64,000 nucleotides of DNA, taken from positions 12,507-76,506 of the forward strand of contig CAYLOA010000001.1 in NCBI GenBank assembly GCA_964385185.1. The letters are read 5' to 3'. The translations under genes were made by a program, and so were the position numbers. The notes beneath the pieces are model-generated. The model made no database searches, was not told where the DNA came from, and saw only the letters and a program-made list of their open reading frames with translations. This DNA is from an uncultured Methanosarcinales archaeon (GTDB lineage: Archaea > Nanobdellota > Nanobdellia > Woesearchaeales > CALCXY01). Positions within the stretch are counted from its first letter, which is position 1. Every line of letters begins with the position of its first letter. Below, piece after piece: positions 49,194 through 59,009 of this stretch.

Positions 49194-51845
49194 CTACCCC
49201 TTCACAAAAAGTCCACGAATGAGCTTAAATGCTTCCATAATAAAAAATACACTGGAACTTACTCCAACGATATACAACCAATCAAGTCCTGCTATAGGGA
49301 CGGTATGGAAATAGGTGTTCAGCGGAGTATAGAGAACGACTAATTGTAAGCCAAAGGAGATAAACAAAGCCACCCATAACCATTTATTTTTAAAAAATCC
49401 TACAGTAAACAAACTCTTAGTACTACTTCTTGCATTGAGGACATTAAACAATTGAAACATAACCAAAGTCGTAAATGCCATAGTTCGAGCATACTCTACA
49501 TTATCTATAAAATAATTAAAGATCAGTAAAGTCCCAGCAGCCATAACTCCTCCTACAAACAACATCTTAAAAAGCATCACACCAGGAATGATTTTCTCAT
49601 GAGGATTTCGAGGTAGTTGACTCATAATATCATGATCGTAAGGATCTGCACTCAAAGCCAATGCAGGCAAACCATCAGTTACTAAATTAATCCAAAGAAT
49701 GTGTAAAGCCAATAGAGGAACAAGAATCTCTCCCTCAGAACCTGAAAAGAGAAGTATAGCAATAAAAACAGTTAACACCTCTCCAAAATTACTGGATAGT
49801 AAATAATAAATAAATTTCTTAATATTATCATACACTCCTCTTCCTTTTTCTATGGCACTTACAATAGAAGCAAAATTATCATCAGTCAAAATCATATCTG
49901 CACTTTCCTTTGCCACATCAGTTCCTGTTATTCCCATAGCAACTCCTATATCAGCTGTTTTCAAAGCAGGAGCATCATTAACCCCATCTCCCGTCATAGC
50001 GACAATCTCTCCTTGTTTTTTCAAAGCTTCAACAATCCTCAACTTATGCTCAGGATTTACTCGTGAAAAGATACGAACATCCTCTAACACCTCTCCTAAA
50101 TCTTCCACTTTATCTAATTCAGATCCGTGCATACTTTTTCCCACCAAACCTAATTCTGCACCTACTGCTTTGGCAGTTAATTCATTATCTCCAGTAATCA
50201 TAATTACTTTAATCCCTGCAGCTTCGCAAGTAGCAATGGCTTCTTTGGCCTCCAGTCTTGGAGGATCCATCATAGCTTGAAGTCCTACAAACACCATTCC
50301 ATACTCTTCTAATTTTCCACCCTCTCTATAAGCAAATGCCAGTACTCGTAATGCTTTACTTGCAAAAGCATCATTCTTTGCCAGAATTTCTTTTCGAGAT
50401 GTTTTAGTAAGACGTTTAATTTTTCCATCAATTAAATACGTATCACACACATCCAAGATACTCTCAGGAGCTCCTTTTGCATACAATACCTTCTTCCCAC
50501 CGACCTTATGCTGTGTAGTCATCCGCTTTCGAGTAGAATCAAATCCTAACTCATCAACACGAACAGCCTTTCCTTCCAATTCATCTTTTTTCAATCCGGC
50601 TTTAGCTGCACTCACAATCAAAGCACCTTCGGTAGGATCTCCATGCAATAAACGTCCCTCAAAATGTGCATCATTACACAATGCCCCTATAGTTAACAAT
50701 TTAGAAAAAGAATCTGGTTTTACCATCCGATTGCCAATTGTAAATTCTCCAGTAGTGTTATATCCACTTCCCCCTATAGAAATAATTTTATCATTAACAA
50801 ACATTTTCACGACAGTCATCTCATCTTTTGTCAAAGTGCCTGTTTTATCTGTACAAATAATAGTGGTACTCCCTAATGTTTCCACAGAAGGTAATTTCCT
50901 CATGAGAGCATTTCGCTTTGCCATCTGTTGTACAGCAAGAGCCAATCCGATAGTAACTACAGCTGGCAATCCTTCTGGGATAGCCGCAACTGCCAGACTC
51001 ACGGCAATAATAAACAATCCTAAAAGATCAGTCCCTCCACGCAAATAACCGACTCCAAAAACAATCAAACACACACATAAAATAATCCAGGCCAAATATT
51101 TTCCTAAATATTGTAATTTCTTTTGCATAGGAGTTTCTTTTTCTTCAACTTCTGCAATCATAGAAGCAATTTTTCCCATCTCTGTTTTCATCCCCGTTCC
51201 TGTTACAAAAACACTCCCTCTACCTTTGGTAACAATCGTCCCCATAAAGACCATATTTTTTCGTTCTGCAAGAACAGTATCATCTCTCATTAATTTTATA
51301 GTTTTTTCAACAGGCAAACTCTCTCCGGTTAACATTCCCTCTTGAGTCTCCAAATTAATAGATGTTAACAAACGACCATCTGCTGCAACCTTATCTCCTA
51401 CTTCCAACAAAAGTAAATCTCCTGGAACAACTTCAGTGGCATCAATCTCAATCTCTTTATTGCTTCGAATAACCGTTGCTTTCAAACTAGCCATTTTTTG
51501 CAAAGCTTCAATAGCACGTTCCGCTTTATACTCCTGAAAAAATCCCACAAAAGCCATAAGCAAAATGATTACAAAAATAACAAAAGGCTCAACAAAATCC
51601 ACAAAATGGACTGAACCTTCTGCTTCAACATAGGCAACCGTAACACTTACAATAAGTGCAACAATTAAAATCCAAATAATCAAATTCTTAAATTGACGAA
51701 TAAAAATAGAGAATGCAGAATCTTTTTTCTTCCCTTCTAACACATTTTTTCCTTTTTTGAGAAGTTCAGCTGCTTTCGCAGTAGTTAACCCATCAGGACC
51801 CGATTCATATTTAAGAAATAATTCATCTAAAGAAATAGCGTGCAT
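49194..51845 (-). CDS. P-type cation-transporting ATPase (type IIA, Ca2+-ATPase-like)
   Basis: CTDKTGTLT phosphorylation motif, TGDGVNDAPAL, TGES and 10 TM helices. I set the start at MHAISLDELF (51845). The track start is 21 codons upstream. Confidence 0.9.
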   Translation of the reverse strand: MHAISLDELFLKYESGPDGLTTAKAAELLKKGKNVLEGKKKDSAFSIFIRQFKNLIIWILIVALIVSVTVAYVEAEGSVHFVDFVEPFVIFVIILLMAFVGFFQEYKAERAIEALQKMASLKATVIRSNKEIEIDATEVVPGDLLLLEVGDKVAADGRLLTSINLETQEGMLTGESLPVEKTIKLMRDDTVLAERKNMVFMGTIVTKGRGSVFVTGTGMKTEMGKIASMIAEVEEKETPMQKKLQYLGKYLAWIILCVCLIVFGVGYLRGGTDLLGLFIIAVSLAVAAIPEGLPAVVTIGLALAVQQMAKRNALMRKLPSVETLGSTTIICTDKTGTLTKDEMTVVKMFVNDKIISIGGSGYNTTGEFTIGNRMVKPDSFSKLLTIGALCNDAHFEGRLLHGDPTEGALIVSAAKAGLKKDELEGKAVRVDELGFDSTRKRMTTQHKVGGKKVLYAKGAPESILDVCDTYLIDGKIKRLTKTSRKEILAKNDAFASKALRVLAFAYREGGKLEEYGMVFVGLQAMMDPPRLEAKEAIATCEAAGIKVIMITGDNELTAKAVGAELGLVGKSMHGSELDKVEDLGEVLEDVRIFSRVNPEHKLRIVEALKKQGEIVAMTGDGVNDAPALKTADIGVAMGITGTDVAKESADMILTDDNFASIVSAIEKGRGVYDNIKKFIYYLLSSNFGEVLTVFIAILLFSGSEGEILVPLLALHILWINLVTDGLPALALSADPYDHDIMSQLPRNPHEKIIPGVMLFKMLFVGGVMAAGTLLIFNYFIDNVEYARTMAFTTLVMFQLFNVLNARSSTKSLFTVGFFKNKWLWVALFISFGLQLVVLYTPLNTYFHTVPIAGLDWLYIVGVSSSVFFIMEAFKLIRGLFVKG

Positions 51846-51846
51846 C

Positions 51847-52203
51847 TTACTTCTTTTTGTGTTGGTTCTTGTGTACTTGGTACACATATGTTGCCAACAC
51901 CACCCCAAACATAAAAAAGATCATAAGATTTACATTTACATTATCTATAAGTTTCTTAGGAGTTGCAGTAGCAACCACTTCAACACTTCTTCCGACTGTA
52001 GCGGCGAATAATGCTTTCTCTCTTGCAGATATTTCAGAAACTTGAGACACTTCAGAAGTAACTTCATACGGTTGCAGTAAATAAGATAACGGTAACATTA
52101 AGGTTGCTAAGATAGCAATATAGACTAACATATGTCGATGATCGTAACTAAACTCATCTTTATGAACTAATCTTCCATGTCCATCTCTTTTTACGGTTAC
52201 CAT
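51847..52203 (-). CDS. small two-TM membrane protein immediately upstream of the P-type ATPase
   Basis: I placed the start at the ATG at 52203 (MVTVKRDGHG...). Its stop abuts the ATPase start. The track ORF extends upstream through a TTG and a GC-rich structured region, and that extension is probably not coding. Confidence 0.4.
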   Translation of the reverse strand: MVTVKRDGHGRLVHKDEFSYDHRHMLVYIAILATLMLPLSYLLQPYEVTSEVSQVSEISAREKALFAATVGRSVEVVATATPKKLIDNVNVNLMIFFMFGVVLATYVYQVHKNQHKKK

Positions 52204-52209
52204 AACAAA

Positions 52210-52330
52210 GAGCCAGGACTTACGTCCTGACTGCACATCTTTACTTCGAAATTTGATAGATTTGCTGAATTTCGAAGTTTGCAGATTCGCCGCAAGGCGA
52301 GTCTGGATTATATCCTCCGAAGAGGAATTA
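52210..52330 (-). promoter_or_regulatory. GC-rich multi-hairpin element in 5' leader of the small-membrane-protein/P-type ATPase operon; candidate riboswitch or structured leader
   Basis: On the transcribed minus strand I see cctc-ttcg-gagg (UUCG loop), cgcc-ttgc-ggcg, a 9-bp cttcgaaat...atttcgaag stem, caggac-gtaa-gtcctg, and an enclosing ctgca/tgcag pairing. GC content is much higher than the flanks. Confidence 0.35.
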
Positions 52331-52519
52331 CTACTATATCTATATTTATTGCATATAAATGTTTCTGTGGTGTAAAACAAAAACCTTAAAAACCAACCTA
52401 TATTCTCTAGTAGCTATGAAGACAGTTAAATTATACAACACAGTAAGAGCATCTGGTAGTTAATTCTCTTTTTAATTCTCAGTAATTAATTAATTTTTTA
52501 ATATAATATAAACTAAAAG

Positions 52520-53467
52520 GTGATCCCTATGCTATACGTAAATGATGTAAAATGGAAAAAAGGAATGAAAGTAACTGAATTAGTTTCACAAATGAAACAT
52601 ACAGGCTTTCAATCAGTAGAATTAGCTAAAGCAGTCGATGTCTGCTTAAAGATGAAAAAAGAAGGTGCTAAAATCTTCTTAACATTCACCTCAAACATGG
52701 TCACATCTGGCCTTAGAGGCCTCTTTGCCCAATTAATTGAATTAGGCTTAGTAGATGTCATTGTAACAACTGTAGGCGCTGTTGAAGAAGATATCATGAA
52801 AGCAAACAAGGAACAGTTCCCAATTGGTTCTTTCTCTTCAGATGATGTAGAATTATACGAAAAAGGAGTAAACAGAGTGGGTAATCTCTACATCACTAAC
52901 GAAACGTATGGGAATTTCGAAAATACCATGACAGGATACATCAAAGATGCCTATGCAAAACAAAAACGATGGACACCGTCAGATCTCTTCACATTTATAG
53001 GTAAGAAGTTAGATGACACTTCATCAATCCTCTATCAAGCAACAAAGAACGATGTCCCGATCTTCTGTCCAGCAATAACAGATGGATCTCTAGGATTTCA
53101 TTTATTCATGTTTCAACAAAAACATGATGACTTTGTGATTGACGTTGTAAAAGACTTCAAAAACATTCTATTATGCACATCACACGATGAAAAGAAAGGG
53201 GCAATCTGTCTAGGTGGTTCCATTTCTAAACATCATGCAATCTTTGCATGTTTACTCAATGGTGGATTAGATTATGCAGTCTATATGACAACTGCTTCTC
53301 CAACATCTGGAAGTATGTCAGGAGCAACAACAAACGAAGCAAAATCTTGGGGTAAAGTCAAAGATGATTCTGATATTGCAACCGTGAAAGGAGATGTTAC
53401 CATTACCTTTCCGTTAATGATCTCTGCAGTCTTAGAAAAACTATCTGAAGAAGGAATACTGAAATGA
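52520..53467 (+). CDS. dys: deoxyhypusine synthase
   Basis: Length about 315 aa and a GGSISKHH motif that resembles the DHS GGxxPKHH. The N-terminal region is comparable to other archaeal DHS. Confidence 0.7.
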   Translation: MIPMLYVNDVKWKKGMKVTELVSQMKHTGFQSVELAKAVDVCLKMKKEGAKIFLTFTSNMVTSGLRGLFAQLIELGLVDVIVTTVGAVEEDIMKANKEQFPIGSFSSDDVELYEKGVNRVGNLYITNETYGNFENTMTGYIKDAYAKQKRWTPSDLFTFIGKKLDDTSSILYQATKNDVPIFCPAITDGSLGFHLFMFQQKHDDFVIDVVKDFKNILLCTSHDEKKGAICLGGSISKHHAIFACLLNGGLDYAVYMTTASPTSGSMSGATTNEAKSWGKVKDDSDIATVKGDVTITFPLMISAVLEKLSEEGILK

Positions 53468-54495
53468 AATCAACAGCAAAGTTTGTACTAAGTAAAAAGA
53501 AACTTGAGAAACAGTTAGAACTATTATCAATAGCCGATTCTATCTCATACAGTTTCAAAACCAACCCAGAAGTAGGAAAAATATTAGAAGAATCAACAGA
53601 TTGTACATTTAGTGTTCACTCATATGAACTTCTAGATCAAATTAAAGATACATCTAGAATTTGGTTATTTGCCCAAGCATGGGACAATGATGAAATAAAA
53701 GAATTGACAAATAAAGGAATCTCAAAATTTGTTGTAGACAATCTAACAGATCTAGCAACACTTGAAGCATATCTAAATGATAACAAAACTAATATTCAAC
53801 TCTTACTAAGAATGAGATTAAAAGAAAACACAGTCCACACAGGTAAACATTTTGTATTTGGGTTATCAGCAAATGAAGCAAACAATGCAATTGAAAAACT
53901 AAAAGACAATCCACAAATTGAAAAACTAGGAATTCACTTTCATAGAAAAACCCAAAATATTTCTGAATGGTCTCTCAAAGAAGAATTGCTAGAAGCATTA
54001 ACAGATAACACCCTAAAAAACATCCAAATCCTAAACATTGGTGGAGGATTACCAGTTGAATACAAAAATTCCCATCCACAACTACAACCAATCTTAAATG
54101 AAATAACAAAACTAAAAGAATGGTTAACAAACTACAATATTCATTTAATTATTGAACCAGGAAGATTCCTATCAGCTCCCTGTATTGATCTCCACACAAC
54201 CATAAAAAATATTTATGAAGATAATATTATAGTGGACGCTTCTGTCTACAATACAGCCCTAGATACATTTGGTGCCCATATTAGATTAAAGGTTGAAGGA
54301 GAACTAGAACAAACAAAAGCTCCTGCCTGGACAATCAAAGGCGCAACTCCTTGTTCTTTAGACATCTACAGATACAGAGTATATCTAAAAGATCCCAAAC
54401 CAGGAGACAATATCATATTCAAAAATGCAGGTGCATATAACTTCGCAACAGACTTCTGTGGACTTGGCAAAATCAAAACTGAAGTTGTTGATTAA
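53464..54495 (+). CDS. Orn/DAP/Arg decarboxylase family-2-like protein (putative ornithine/arginine decarboxylase)
   Basis: YSFKTNP carries the candidate PLP-binding Lys. There is also an EPGR motif and a C-terminal beta domain ending GAYNFATDF. Overlaps dys by 4 nt. Confidence 0.55.
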   Translation: MKSTAKFVLSKKKLEKQLELLSIADSISYSFKTNPEVGKILEESTDCTFSVHSYELLDQIKDTSRIWLFAQAWDNDEIKELTNKGISKFVVDNLTDLATLEAYLNDNKTNIQLLLRMRLKENTVHTGKHFVFGLSANEANNAIEKLKDNPQIEKLGIHFHRKTQNISEWSLKEELLEALTDNTLKNIQILNIGGGLPVEYKNSHPQLQPILNEITKLKEWLTNYNIHLIIEPGRFLSAPCIDLHTTIKNIYEDNIIVDASVYNTALDTFGAHIRLKVEGELEQTKAPAWTIKGATPCSLDIYRYRVYLKDPKPGDNIIFKNAGAYNFATDFCGLGKIKTEVVD

Positions 54496-54998
54496 TTTTC
54501 ATAATGATCTTGAAGTTTCCTTTCCCGACTTTTTTTCTTTTCTTTTTTATGAAAATCACTCCAATAACCCTTCTCTTTCAAAAATTGTTCTATGCCCACA
54601 ATACCCGGACTAGCTGTTAACCCTTCAACATGATATCTTGCTATATGGAGTAATTTTAACTGCTCATCATAAATTTTTACCCCTACTTTTGTAGTTGGAT
54701 AAAAGTGAGATTCGGAAAGGAGATCATAGGTATTCTGATTTAACTTGGTAATAGCAGGATCAGTAACCATTGTATTCAATACAAAATCTAATATCTCGTC
54801 CTCATCACAATTTCCTATATATCTTAACTGCTTCTTTTCCACTACACGTTCTTGGATACATTTAAGCCATTCATTCATTAAGCTCACTTCAGATTCTCTA
54901 TAGTAAAATGAAAATCCAGGCCACATTTCTTGGCTTAACTTAGTGTCTTTTTTTAACGACATTTGTTGTGTTATTGATTGAGTCATTCCCATTCTCAT
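54492..54998 (-). CDS. hypothetical protein (168 aa)
   Basis: ORF only. Confidence 0.4.
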   Translation of the reverse strand: MRMGMTQSITQQMSLKKDTKLSQEMWPGFSFYYRESEVSLMNEWLKCIQERVVEKKQLRYIGNCDEDEILDFVLNTMVTDPAITKLNQNTYDLLSESHFYPTTKVGVKIYDEQLKLLHIARYHVEGLTASPGIVGIEQFLKEKGYWSDFHKKEKKKSRERKLQDHYEN

Positions 54999-55118
54999 GT
55001 TTATTCACCTTCCATATTTACTACTATCAAAAGGTTATATATGTATTATAAATACTTATTTACCAAAAAACCCTTAAAATAAGGAAACTTTTATAAATAC
55101 TTCCACATTATAAGCAAT

Positions 55119-55607
55119 ATGTTACTTGAACATGGTAAGAAGATAAAAGTAGATAATAAGGACAAACTCATCCTAGAACAACTCCAATTAAACGCAAGAC
55201 TCACTATTGCAGAAATAGCTAAAATTACAAAACTACCAAGAGATGTAGTCATGTATAGAATTAAAAAAATGGAAACCTCTAAAGTGATTAGGGGACATCA
55301 TACTATGATTAACCCAGGGAAAATTGGCCATCCCCTATACTCATACGTTTTCTTCTCCACATACAACTTAAAAGTTGAGACTGAAAATGCATTTATTAAA
55401 TATCTCACCTCACAAAAACATATTGTATATGTAGCAAAAAACTCTGGCCAGTATGACTTTACAATTGGTATTTGTGCCAAAGACTATAGAGAATTTGATG
55501 AAATCATCAGATCAATACGACAAAAATTCATCAATGTCATAAAAGACATTACAGTTACTCCAGTCATCCAAGAATATAAGTTTGATATGATGACTGATCT
55601 TATCTAA
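55119..55607 (+). CDS. Lrp/AsnC family transcriptional regulator
   Basis: HTH region LDNKDKLILEQLQLNARLTIAEIAKITKLPRDVVMYRIKKM followed by a RAM domain. Confidence 0.8.
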   Translation: MLLEHGKKIKVDNKDKLILEQLQLNARLTIAEIAKITKLPRDVVMYRIKKMETSKVIRGHHTMINPGKIGHPLYSYVFFSTYNLKVETENAFIKYLTSQKHIVYVAKNSGQYDFTIGICAKDYREFDEIIRSIRQKFINVIKDITVTPVIQEYKFDMMTDLI

Positions 55608-55651
55608 TCAAACACCAAAAACTATAAATACAATAAAGAATAATTCTTATC

Positions 55652-55825
55652 ATGGAAAAACCACATTCCCATAAACTAGAAGATCAACACTGTTGCAAAC
55701 ACTGTCTAAAATATGATCAATTCCAAGATAAGTGTTCAGTATTCTGGGACAATAAAAAATTCTGCACCATGAAAGTACAATCTATGACGGAATGGAATGA
55801 TGAAAAACTAGTTCTAGGAAAGTGA
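55652..55825 (+). CDS. small Cys-rich protein (57 aa)
   Basis: HCCKHC...C...C pattern. Its TGA overlaps the GTG start of dtdA. Confidence 0.3.
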   Translation: MEKPHSHKLEDQHCCKHCLKYDQFQDKCSVFWDNKKFCTMKVQSMTEWNDEKLVLGK

Positions 55826-56628
55826 AATACGCAATTGTAACCTCAACTAAAGACCTAGCAGGTATGAATATCAGAGATAAATTAATGCAAAAACTAGAAA
55901 AAACAAAAGAATCCTACAATAACCATCCCATCTACAAAAAGAATAATATTTCACTCTACACCATAGATGAAGAAACAATAGAAGCAAACCATCTAGACGA
56001 ATTAAAAGCAGAATTCATCATATTCGCTACAAGACATAAAGCAGCATCAGGAACACCTACGTTCTCTTGTCATGCTCCAGGAAATTGGGACGAAGCACAA
56101 TACGGAGGAGAAAACCAACAACTCAATTACACATCAGCATTATTAATAAAAAAAGCTTTCCTAACATTAGAAAATAACAATAATTTAGAATGGGAAATAT
56201 CCATGGAAGCTACACACCATGGCCCCATGATAAAAACACCATGTATCTTCATCGAAATCGGCTCAACAGAAAAAGAATGGAATAATGAAGATGCAGGAGA
56301 AATTATGGCAAAAACAATCTTAGACATCACTTCAACCTTAGAACTTGAAAACCAAAAAATTGGAATTGGAATTGGCGGCAATCATTATTGTGCTAACTTT
56401 AACAAACTCTTACATGAAGATATTGCCCTATCACATATCTGTCCTAAACATAATCTAGAACATCTTAACATCACAACATTAAAACAAGCTATAGAGAGAA
56501 CCAAAGAAAAAGTAGACTACATCATCTTAGACTGGAAAGGATTAGGACCCCATAAAGAGAAAATAAAAGAATTAACAAGCAATCTAAACATTGAAATTAA
56601 ACGAACAAAAGAATTAACAAGCACCTGA
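55822..56628 (+). CDS. dtdA: D-aminoacyl-tRNA deacylase, archaeal type (DtdA)
   Basis: N-terminus MKYAIVTSTKDLAGMNI resembles DtdA starts. Length 268 aa. Uses a GTG start. Confidence 0.6.
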   Translation: MKYAIVTSTKDLAGMNIRDKLMQKLEKTKESYNNHPIYKKNNISLYTIDEETIEANHLDELKAEFIIFATRHKAASGTPTFSCHAPGNWDEAQYGGENQQLNYTSALLIKKAFLTLENNNNLEWEISMEATHHGPMIKTPCIFIEIGSTEKEWNNEDAGEIMAKTILDITSTLELENQKIGIGIGGNHYCANFNKLLHEDIALSHICPKHNLEHLNITTLKQAIERTKEKVDYIILDWKGLGPHKEKIKELTSNLNIEIKRTKELTST

Positions 56629-56925
56629 AGAATCAAACATTTCTAATCCACCATGACCATTACAAAAAGTCTCTCCAATAACATATAATTGTTTTTCATT
56701 TCTACAAATTGTTTCACTATCACATACTTGTGTTCCATCCTGACATTGATAACATGCATTCAAATAATTAACCTGATCGTCGAACATTTCTTCAAAAGCG
56801 CTAAATCCTGTAACTTCATTTTCAACACCAGGAGTTGTAGAAAAAAGAACTCCACCTAAAATTACAACAACAACTGCCCCTAAGATATAAACAACTTCTT
56901 TATTCATAGTGCACCTTTTTGCCAT
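56614..56925 (-). CDS. small secreted Cys-rich protein
   Basis: Signal anchor followed by 10 Cys residues. Confidence 0.45.
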   Translation of the reverse strand: MAKRCTMNKEVVYILGAVVVVILGGVLFSTTPGVENEVTGFSAFEEMFDDQVNYLNACYQCQDGTQVCDSETICRNEKQLYVIGETFCNGHGGLEMFDSSGAC

Positions 56926-57028
56926 AATATAAATATAATAAACAAAGCAACTATAACAATAAACAACAAAGCCATCTTTAAGCCTGCTTTTCTATACATA
57001 TAATAAATAAGAAATTAAACTATTTAAA

Positions 57029-57799
57029 TTATTCCTTCTTTTCTTCTGCTGGAGCATCAGCTGGAGCGTCACCTTCAGCAGGTTTTGCATCTGGATCAGC
57101 TACACCTTCAACTGGAAGTAATTCTTCAATAATTGTAAGTGGAACCTTAAGCTCAACCAATTTGGTCTTAATCTCTCCTCGAGATTTACCTTTAAGTTGT
57201 TCGATAGTCTTCTTAGCAACACTTTCGAAGTGAGCTCTTCTTTTCTCAATGTCAGCAGCCAGTTTCTTTCTCTCTTCTTCAAGTTTCTTCTGTTCTTCTG
57301 CACTAAGTTCAGTTTTCTCAGTTCGAATTTCTTCTTCGAATTTACCTTCATTAACTAATTTAATAGCATCTTTAGCTTGAATACCTTCAACCATAACACC
57401 CATACTATTACAAGTGCCTATAACTTCCTTAACTCTGTCTTGAAGTGTCTTACCTAGTAAATCTTCTTTTTTCATCATTGCAACTTTAATGATTTGCTCT
57501 ATAAGAAGATCTGCAACTTTATCTGCAAGTGGATTTCCTGAACCTTTTTCTAAATGTGCTTCTTTTTTAATTAAGGCACTACAAGGAGGAGTCCCCACTT
57601 CAATTTCAAATTCTTTAGAATCGGTATCAACATGTAACTTAATAGGAACTTGCATTCCATCAAAACTCTTTGTCTTTTCATTTATGGCACTAATAACTTC
57701 TCCAATATTAACTCCTAGCGGTCCTAAAGCAGGTCCTAATGGAGGTGCAGCGCTAGCTTTTCCACCATTTACCAGTGCATCAATACTCTCAGTTGCCAT
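57029..57799 (-). CDS. rpl11: 50S ribosomal protein L11 (uL11) with about 95-aa coiled-coil/acidic C-terminal extension
   Basis: GGKASAAPPLGPALGPLGVNI and GTCNSMGVMVEG match uL11 motifs. The extra C-terminal region ends ...DPDAKPAEGDAPADAPAEEKKE. Confidence 0.8.
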   Translation of the reverse strand: MATESIDALVNGGKASAAPPLGPALGPLGVNIGEVISAINEKTKSFDGMQVPIKLHVDTDSKEFEIEVGTPPCSALIKKEAHLEKGSGNPLADKVADLLIEQIIKVAMMKKEDLLGKTLQDRVKEVIGTCNSMGVMVEGIQAKDAIKLVNEGKFEEEIRTEKTELSAEEQKKLEEERKKLAADIEKRRAHFESVAKKTIEQLKGKSRGEIKTKLVELKVPLTIIEELLPVEGVADPDAKPAEGDAPADAPAEEKKE

Positions 57800-57860
57800 T
57801 ATATTAAGGATTCAGAAACCATTTATAAGGCTTTTGCTTTGACGACCTCATATAACAATA

Positions 57861-58955
57861 TTACATCTCATACCGAAGAATAGCTGCTATTTTCCCGATT
57901 TTCTCCAATTGGACACCTTCACTCGTCTCAGTTGAAATAATCACAATTTCAGAACTAAATTTCTCTGCTTCTATCTCCAAAGCCTCTATTTTTTCATCTC
58001 CATAACTTTCACTCACTAATACTTTATCCACAACTCCTTGACTTATTTTCTCACGAACAGCTGCTTCACCATATGTAACCTTTCCAGGTTTTTTATTGAG
58101 ATAATCGAAAAATTCGCCCATAATTTTCTTTTCAGTCATGATAGATTCATGAGCAAGAAGATCTTCACTTAAATTTACTAATTGTTGCAATCCATATTCT
58201 CCGGTATCGCCAATATCCTTAATCCCAATCACTTTTTTATTGAGATCTCCGGTCAAGAAACCACCTTCAACAAAATCATATTTAGTAGGTCCAGGACCAC
58301 CCACAATAATTCCTTTGAGAGATTTGTTTTCTAAAAATTGATCCTTAGCATGAGCAGCCACTTTCTTAAGATGATCTTTAGCAGCATCACTTCTCTGTCT
58401 CTCAAATCGTTGAGCTGACTGACCTCCTGCCTTAAACTTTCCAGGAACTTGAGAATGCGTAGCTAAAAGAGGAATAATAGTTTTTCCTTTAAGATAAGCA
58501 ATGTCTCCATCTCTTCTATCCAAAACAATTAATCCATAGACTTCCTTAACAGCCAACATATTTGCCAAAATCTCAGTCTTAAAATCTTTATCACATCGAT
58601 ACATACGAGTCTTAATGGGAATAGGTGGCTCTAAACTCCACACTTGAAAATCTTGTTGACCTTCTCTTGCAGAAACATTACCACTAAATACAGCCAAGCC
58701 ATGTTCTGGGTTTCGCTTAAACAATCGTAAATGCTGAATCATCTTCTCTAAAGCATCAATAACATTTTTCCTCGTAGAAGCTGATTTAATATTAGTAGCT
58801 GTCCCTTGCTCTTGCGCTAAATGTTGAATGATTTTAGTAAGATCATATCCTTGTGGAACATAGACAGAAATAAACTCTGTATGTCGAGCCCTATGACTAT
58901 CTAATTCTTTCACAAATTTCTTAATATCATGCTGTTGCTTTGCAGTTAATTCCAT
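57861..58955 (-). CDS. prf1: peptide chain release factor aRF1
   Basis: NIKS motif (TNIKSAS) and GGQ motif (KFKAGGQSAQRF). Confidence 0.85.
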   Translation of the reverse strand: MELTAKQQHDIKKFVKELDSHRARHTEFISVYVPQGYDLTKIIQHLAQEQGTATNIKSASTRKNVIDALEKMIQHLRLFKRNPEHGLAVFSGNVSAREGQQDFQVWSLEPPIPIKTRMYRCDKDFKTEILANMLAVKEVYGLIVLDRRDGDIAYLKGKTIIPLLATHSQVPGKFKAGGQSAQRFERQRSDAAKDHLKKVAAHAKDQFLENKSLKGIIVGGPGPTKYDFVEGGFLTGDLNKKVIGIKDIGDTGEYGLQQLVNLSEDLLAHESIMTEKKIMGEFFDYLNKKPGKVTYGEAAVREKISQGVVDKVLVSESYGDEKIEALEIEAEKFSSEIVIISTETSEGVQLEKIGKIAAILRYEM

Positions 58956-59009
58956 ATTCAGTTAGAAACCATACTTATTATTAAAGGTGTCGATGAAGAA
59001 AATAATATG

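Noticed and set aside
51847-52380. Track ORF of 177 aa upstream of the P-type ATPase
   Set aside because: It starts with TTG. The first 59 codons are low-complexity and coincide with a GC-rich multi-hairpin element. I kept only the ATG-initiated 118-aa part (51847-52203) as a CDS and treated the rest as a structured leader.
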